A stretch of DNA of 33,321 nucleotides from Thermoplasmata archaeon (GTDB lineage: Archaea > Thermoplasmatota > E2 > UBA202 > JdFR-43): positions 1-33,321 of the forward strand of contig VBQI01000008.1 of NCBI GenBank assembly GCA_008297865.1, written 5' to 3'. This document shows, one piece after another, positions 28,412 to 33,321 of the stretch. A model generated the notes under the pieces. That model worked only from the letters and a program-made list of their open reading frames with translations, was not told the origin of the DNA and searched no databases. How positions within the stretch are numbered: position 1 is the first letter of the stretch; the number at the start of each line of letters is the position of its first letter. The position numbers were made by a program, and so were the translations under genes.

Positions 28412-28671
28412 CGTGCTACTGCCTCTGCTTCTTTCACAAAGAAAATGTATTCTTTTTCCGAAATAATTTTGATTTTTTTGGTTAGCCCTTTCATTACCTC
28501 GCTTTTTCTTATTTCTTTGAACCTTATAATGATTTCATTTTTTGTGAGCATAGGTTTAAAAACTATTTTTTTGTTAGTGACAAAAAGAGTGCCAGGTATT
28601 TTCACACTCTTTACTTTCATATTCGCTTTCTTTTTCCACAAAATTAGCTCATTTTTCTCTAAATTAATCAC
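28390..28671 (-). CDS. Small basic PH/GRAM-like domain protein
   Basis: L..NE......AN......PGTLFVTNKKIVF......I.F.EI pattern typical of PH-fold GRAM/bPH domains. Confidence 0.6.
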   Translation of the reverse strand: MINLEKNELILWKKKANMKVKSVKIPGTLFVTNKKIVFKPMLTKNEIIIRFKEIRKSEVMKGLTKKIKIISEKEYIFFVKEAEAVARLIKTLI

Positions 28672-28703
28672 AGTAAAAAAGGCGGATGAAAATAAAAGTT
28701 TTG

Positions 28704-29150
28704 TTAATCAAAAACGATTCCTATTACAACGCCAGAAAATCCGGCAATAGCAAAAATTGCCGGAAGCATTACGTACATAGAGAAACCTACAAAAGGGATA
28801 AATATTGCTACATGAACAGCATGTGCCCAATGCCCCTGCAAACCTTGAGTATCGAGAAAGGTAATAGGAAAGGCAATAAGTGCTGGAGTCAATGGAATGA
28901 ATGGAGGAAATATTATTCCACCTCCTATTCCAACTACTTTGCACATAGTATTAACATATATGCTATCCTCTCCGAATTTTTCCTGCAAAATTTCAATAAA
29001 AACTTCTATTTCTTCTTCAGTAAATCCTCCTTCCCGTATGCTTTTAAGTTCATCTATCACAAAATCAATTTCGTTTTTTTCTTTTTTATTCGGGCTTACA
29101 CACGGTAAGCAAATTGAGAAAATTATAAGGAAAGCAATAAATTTTCTCAT
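28704..29150 (-). CDS. Hypothetical exported/membrane protein
   Basis: MRKFIAFLIIFSICL signal-like start, hydrophobic Gly/Pro-rich C-terminal half. Confidence 0.6.
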   Translation of the reverse strand: MRKFIAFLIIFSICLPCVSPNKKEKNEIDFVIDELKSIREGGFTEEEIEVFIEILQEKFGEDSIYVNTMCKVVGIGGGIIFPPFIPLTPALIAFPITFLDTQGLQGHWAHAVHVAIFIPFVGFSMYVMLPAIFAIAGFSGVVIGIVFD

Positions 29151-29235
29151 TGTAATAATTTCTCTACCCCTATATATAGTTCACCTTTTGATTAACAATT
29201 TCGCAAGCATCTTATTTACTTTCTGTTTTATGAAT

Positions 29236-29670
29236 ATGAAAGGTATACTACTTGGGATAGTGATAATCGGAATAATTGCATCTGCATATTTTATGATGGC
29301 AAATGGAGATTATGCCATTGTGGTGAAAACAGATAAGCATACCTATTCTCTAAATGAAGAAATACATATCTGGATCGAAATTAAAGATTATGACAGTAAG
29401 AATATAAAATTTCCTTCATCAAAAATTGCTGACTTCTGCATTTATAAAGGAGAAGAAAAATTGTATCAGTGGTCGGAAAATAGAAGTTTTTTACAGGTTA
29501 TTACCTCGATAAATCTCTCGAAAGGAATGATATTATTAGAAACAACTATTCCTGCAAATATGTTGGGCATCGGAACTTTTGAAATAAGAGCGTGGATGGA
29601 AAAATTTTATGAAAATGGAGAAATCCATCCTGAAGTATATGCAAAGTCAATTAGCTTTTCTATATCATGA
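29236..29670 (+). CDS. Membrane-anchored protein with BsuPI-like (proteinase inhibitor-like Ig) domain
   Basis: N-terminal TM, TDKHTY..NE.I, FPSS..ADF.I..GE..LYQWS..R.FLQVIT; start reassigned to 29230/29236. Confidence 0.62.
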   Translation: MKGILLGIVIIGIIASAYFMMANGDYAIVVKTDKHTYSLNEEIHIWIEIKDYDSKNIKFPSSKIADFCIYKGEEKLYQWSENRSFLQVITSINLSKGMILLETTIPANMLGIGTFEIRAWMEKFYENGEIHPEVYAKSISFSIS

Positions 29671-29818
29671 ACATTGCGTCTATTCAAATACTTTTCTGAG
29701 ATTCTTATATTCTTTGGGAGCATTCAAGACTGCATTCATGCAATTGATGCGGGCGTTAATATATTAGCAGAAGTCCACAGAAACAAAAATTTTAATAATA
29801 GCTCTCCATACAATACCA

Positions 29819-30037
29819 ATGAAACCCCTGGAAGTGATTCATGCAAGCTTAGAAAAGCGCATACTTGTTGAATTGAAAGGGGGAAGAGAATATCGTGGCA
29901 TATTAGAAGGATATGATCATCCTCATCTCAATCTCATATTAAGGAATGCGGAAGAGATTATAGAAGGAGAAAAGAAACGGGAATTAGAAAAAGTTATTGT
30001 AAGGGGAGACAATATAGTATATATATTACCGCCGTGA
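29819..30037 (+). CDS. Archaeal Sm/Lsm protein (SmAP1)
   Basis: [34 protein letters not shown]; upstream of L37e. Confidence 0.93.
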   Translation: MKPLEVIHASLEKRILVELKGGREYRGILEGYDHPHLNLILRNAEEIIEGEKKRELEKVIVRGDNIVYILPP

Positions 30038-30041
30038 TAAA

Positions 30042-30197
30042 ATGAGTAAAGGTACGCCATCAAAAGAAGGAGGAGGAAAAACCCACATTGTTTGCAGAAG
30101 ATGCGGGAAGCATGCATATAATGCGAGAAAGAAATATTGTGCCTCCTGCGGCTTTGGAAGGTCCAGGAGGAGAAGAAAATTCAGCTGGAAAAAATGA
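30042..30197 (+). CDS. rpl37e: 50S ribosomal protein L37e
   Basis: Manual translation [51 protein letters not shown]; below the ORF-track cutoff. Confidence 0.95.
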   Translation: MSKGTPSKEGGGKTHIVCRRCGKHAYNARKKYCASCGFGRSRRRRKFSWKK

Positions 30198-31582
30198 AAG
30201 AAAGTTGTGGAGTAGTTGCCATTGCTTCTCGCAATAATGTAGCAGAAAGCCTATACATTTCTCTAATGGCGTTGCAACATCGTGGGCAGGAGGCGGCGGG
30301 CATAGCCTTGTATAATGGAAAAATAGAGACATATAAGGGACTTGGGCTTGTGGAAGAGGCATTTCGCAAATTTGATTTGAAAGAACTTAAAGGTAATGTT
30401 GGCATTGGTCATACTTATTATTCAGTAAAAATTTCTTCTCCTGAAAATGCTCAGCCTACTTTACTTCACACATCTGCAGGAGATATTGCAATTGCCCATA
30501 ATGGTATAATAGTAAATTCTTCAGAGCTTAAAGAAGAGCTTATGAAAAGCGGACATAGTTTCATGTACGGAAGTGAGGAAGAGGCAATTGTCTATCTTCT
30601 TGCAGACTATTTGAAAGAGAAAAGCATACAAAAGGCAACAAAACTGCTTATGAAGAAAATAAATGGCTCATATTCATTTACATTTATGCTAAATGAAAGA
30701 ACATTTGGACTCAGAGATGCGCATGGAATAAAGCCTTTATGTATTGGAAAAATAGATAATGGCTACATTATCACCTCTGAATCCGTAGCAATAGATGCGC
30801 TTGGAGGGGAATTTATAAGAGATGTTGAGCCTGGCGAGCTTATTGAAATTACAGCAGATGGCTATAAATCATATAAGCTTATAAATGAGAGATATAAGGC
30901 GCATTGCTTCTTTGAATATGTATACTTTGCAAGAGCAGATTCATTTATAGATGGAATAGAAGTGTACAAAGTTAGGGAGAAGCTTGGAGAAATTCTTGCA
31001 AGAGAACATCCTGTAGATGCAGATTATGTTATTCCCATTCCCGATTCAGGAAGAGCTCATGCTTATGGCTATTCAAAAGCATCTGGAATCCCTCTGGCAG
31101 AGGGATTAATGAAAAATCGCTATATTGCAAGAACCTTTATTCTACCAACTCAAAAAATAAGAGAGAAACTCGTACAATTAAAGCTTAATCCGGTTAAAAG
31201 CATTGTAAATGGGAAGAGGATAGTTATTGTAGATGATTCCATAGTAAGAGGGACAACAATGAGGAAAATAGTTAGCTTACTCCGCCGTTATGGGGCGAAG
31301 CAAGTGCATGTTCGTATTGCCTCACCGCCAATTATAGCTCCATGCTATTTTGGAATTGATATGACAACGAGGGAGCAACTTATTGCTTCGGGGAGAAGTA
31401 TAGAAGAAATAAGGGAAGAAATTGGAGCAGATTCCCTCGGATACATTTCTATAGATGGGCTTGTGGAAGCAATGGGGATTGAAAAAGATAATCTCTGTCT
31501 TGGATGCGTAACAGCAGAATATCCTGTTCCCGTAAAAGGAGAGAAGCTTCGATTCCAAAAAGAGTTGGAAAAATGGGAATGA
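30194..31582 (+). CDS. purF: Amidophosphoribosyltransferase
   Basis: MKESCGVV (propeptide + Cys1), [34 protein letters not shown]; start reassigned to ATG 30194. Confidence 0.96.
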   Translation: MKESCGVVAIASRNNVAESLYISLMALQHRGQEAAGIALYNGKIETYKGLGLVEEAFRKFDLKELKGNVGIGHTYYSVKISSPENAQPTLLHTSAGDIAIAHNGIIVNSSELKEELMKSGHSFMYGSEEEAIVYLLADYLKEKSIQKATKLLMKKINGSYSFTFMLNERTFGLRDAHGIKPLCIGKIDNGYIITSESVAIDALGGEFIRDVEPGELIEITADGYKSYKLINERYKAHCFFEYVYFARADSFIDGIEVYKVREKLGEILAREHPVDADYVIPIPDSGRAHAYGYSKASGIPLAEGLMKNRYIARTFILPTQKIREKLVQLKLNPVKSIVNGKRIVIVDDSIVRGTTMRKIVSLLRRYGAKQVHVRIASPPIIAPCYFGIDMTTREQLIASGRSIEEIREEIGADSLGYISIDGLVEAMGIEKDNLCLGCVTAEYPVPVKGEKLRFQKELEKWE

Positions 31583-33153
31583 AATACTATGCAATAATAA
31601 TTGCTACTATAGCAATCCTTTCCTTTATATTTGTATACAGTTTTAAGAAGGAAAACGAGCAGGAGACAATAATCATTTCAATCTATCCAGAAAATTTTTC
31701 CATTGAAGAAGGAAAAAGCATGGAAATCATTCTCTCTGTAAGTAAAAATGGAGAGCCATATGAAACAAATGTAAGCTGGAGTGTTAAGGCAAGTGGAGAT
31801 ACGGGAAGGGTGGAAAATGGCTCATTTACTGATATATATGGAAAGGCAAAAGCAAGATATGTTGCGCCAAAAGATGTGGATGAAATGGAGCATGGGGTAG
31901 AGATAATTGCTTCTGTAAAAATTGATGGAAAGGAGTGGAAGGCTTATGCAAATGCAACAGTTTATCCAAGGTTATATGAAACAGAATTATATTTAGAAAG
32001 CAATAGAAGAGAAATGATTGCGGGAGAAACCTGCATTTTTAAAGCTTATTTAGTTGCAAAAGAACAACAATGGCATCCATTAGAAAATGCAACAATAATA
32101 TGGAAATTTTATGCAAATGGAATATTGTTCATGGAGAAAAAGAGCGAAACAGATGAAAATGGAATCACAGAGATGCCTTTATTCTATTCTAATGCAATAG
32201 AAAATACGAGCATAGTGGCGATGGCGAAATTTGAGAGAAATTTATCAGGAGAAAAAGATTATGAGGGAAGTGCTGCAGATAAAAGCATTTCCGTTATTCC
32301 AGAGAGGCCCGGCGACTTTCCTATTGTTTTGATTCATGGATGGTCTGGAAGTATATCTAATGCATTAATAAACTATACATGGTGGAATTTAACAAAGAAG
32401 CTGGAGGCAAGAGGTTTTAAAGTTCTTGATTTTGATGTTACCAAACCCGGCATACAATGGCTAACTTATGAGCCAGACTGGTTTGAAGAACATCATATTC
32501 CATGGGTTGCAGCAAGAGTATGTGAAAAAATAAGAGATGCACTGGTATTAAATGGCTATTCTCCAAATCAGACGATAGATATTGTTACTCATAGTATGGG
32601 TGGACTTGTAGCCCGATTCATGGCTGAGCATTATATGGCAGATGTTGACTACTGGAATAAAAGCTGGAATGGCAAAGGATATCCTTGGTATGGTGATGGG
32701 TATCCAGATATAACTATTGGACCATTCCAAATTGATGATTTAATAGTTGTTGGCACCCCCTGCCATGGTGTGCCTCCTAACATAAATGTAAGTTTGCTTA
32801 GAGAAATAATAAAACGTGCATATCTTCCATGGTGGATGGGGCCTGTGCCAGATATGATTTACAACTCACCTTTTTTACAGGCTATGGGGTATGAAGGAAC
32901 TGATTTAGTTGACTATTATGCTGTGGGAGGAGATATTGGATTTATTATTGGTGATTATCCGAGAGATTTTGATGGAGATGGCATACCACATACTTCAGAT
33001 GGTCTCTGTCCAACAGAAAGTCCTTACTTAGAGGGTAAACCACTTTACATTTTAGAAGGCTCAGCTTGGCCTCTTGGAAAAGAAGACCATATTTCTTTGA
33101 TTGCCATTAACGAGAAAGTGCATGAATATATTATACAGCATTTAATTAATTAA
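31579..33153 (+). CDS. Membrane-anchored alpha/beta hydrolase (lipase/esterase-like) with N-terminal Ig-like domains
   Basis: N-terminal TM, PIVLIHGW, THSMGGLVAR nucleophile elbow, GTPCHG, SDG, EDH; start at ATG 31579 overlapping the purF stop. Confidence 0.8.
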   Translation: MKYYAIIIATIAILSFIFVYSFKKENEQETIIISIYPENFSIEEGKSMEIILSVSKNGEPYETNVSWSVKASGDTGRVENGSFTDIYGKAKARYVAPKDVDEMEHGVEIIASVKIDGKEWKAYANATVYPRLYETELYLESNRREMIAGETCIFKAYLVAKEQQWHPLENATIIWKFYANGILFMEKKSETDENGITEMPLFYSNAIENTSIVAMAKFERNLSGEKDYEGSAADKSISVIPERPGDFPIVLIHGWSGSISNALINYTWWNLTKKLEARGFKVLDFDVTKPGIQWLTYEPDWFEEHHIPWVAARVCEKIRDALVLNGYSPNQTIDIVTHSMGGLVARFMAEHYMADVDYWNKSWNGKGYPWYGDGYPDITIGPFQIDDLIVVGTPCHGVPPNINVSLLREIIKRAYLPWWMGPVPDMIYNSPFLQAMGYEGTDLVDYYAVGGDIGFIIGDYPRDFDGDGIPHTSDGLCPTESPYLEGKPLYILEGSAWPLGKEDHISLIAINEKVHEYIIQHLIN

Positions 33154-33273
33154 CATATAGCATTAAATTTGATCGTTTAACTTATTTGTAAAAGACTTCC
33201 TTCATGGTTTACAACTATTTCCGCTATGAGCTGCTGTGTTGCATAACTGGTTCTCTTTCCCTTTATAATTCAC

Positions 33274-33302
33274 GAATTCCTATTTCTTCCAAATAGGAAT
33301 TC
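33274..33302. repeat. Perfect 12-bp inverted repeat (hairpin, 5-nt loop)
   Basis: GAATTCCTATTT-CTTCC-AAATAGGAATTC. Confidence 0.8.
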
Positions 33303-33321
33303 CTGTTTCGTCATAAAATAT

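Noticed and set aside
28321-28450. DGR template/variable repeat pair
   Set aside because: Too short, the differences include indels and non-adenine changes, and there is no reverse transcriptase in the window
28897-29229. Long N-terminal extensions given by the ORF track (also 21602-21721, 30137-30193, 31504-31578, 4826-4861)
   Set aside because: They overlap neighbouring real genes; downstream ATGs match the family N-termini
958-32730. Numerous antisense or alternate-frame ORFs in the track (e.g. 958-1260, 1128-1580, 6854-7453, 17379-17765, 28686-29108, 29674-29871, 30060-30362)
   Set aside because: They shadow well-supported genes and lack motifs or plausible composition
33177-33321. Selenoprotein-like TGA readthrough on the minus strand near the hairpin
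   Set aside because: The peptide has no redox motif, the hairpin precedes the TGA, and it does not resemble an archaeal SECIS

Overview
AT-rich archaeal chromosomal segment. Gene content (RaSEA, archaeal SepF, aMBF1, RFC, Sm-L37e, AcnX/IPK mevalonate genes, bipartite lipoate ligase, secreted beta-helix/PKD proteins) suggests a sediment or vent Thermoplasmatota lineage; this is an inference. About 38 genes, mostly housekeeping, with no rRNA, tRNA, CRISPR array or transposase recognised. An accessory block between rfcS and hppA (7.4-13.4 kb) holds a Cys/Met PLP lyase, a transglutaminase-like gene coupled to a LuxE-like acyl-protein synthetase, a divergent Orc1/Cdc6 and an APC permease; three of the five genes are frameshifted. 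The best candidates for undescribed biology are (i) the LuxE-like + transglutaminase pair as a possible acyl-activation/amide-forming module, (ii) an EamA transporter fused to an Lrp/AsnC ligand-binding domain with a stand-alone partner domain upstream, and (iii) a membrane proteolysis/lipase cluster (secreted caspase-like protease, PLD, Zn-ribbon rhomboid, presenilin with an inserted Ig-like domain, PH-like protein, BsuPI-like protein). All calls come from motif recognition by eye; no searches were run.
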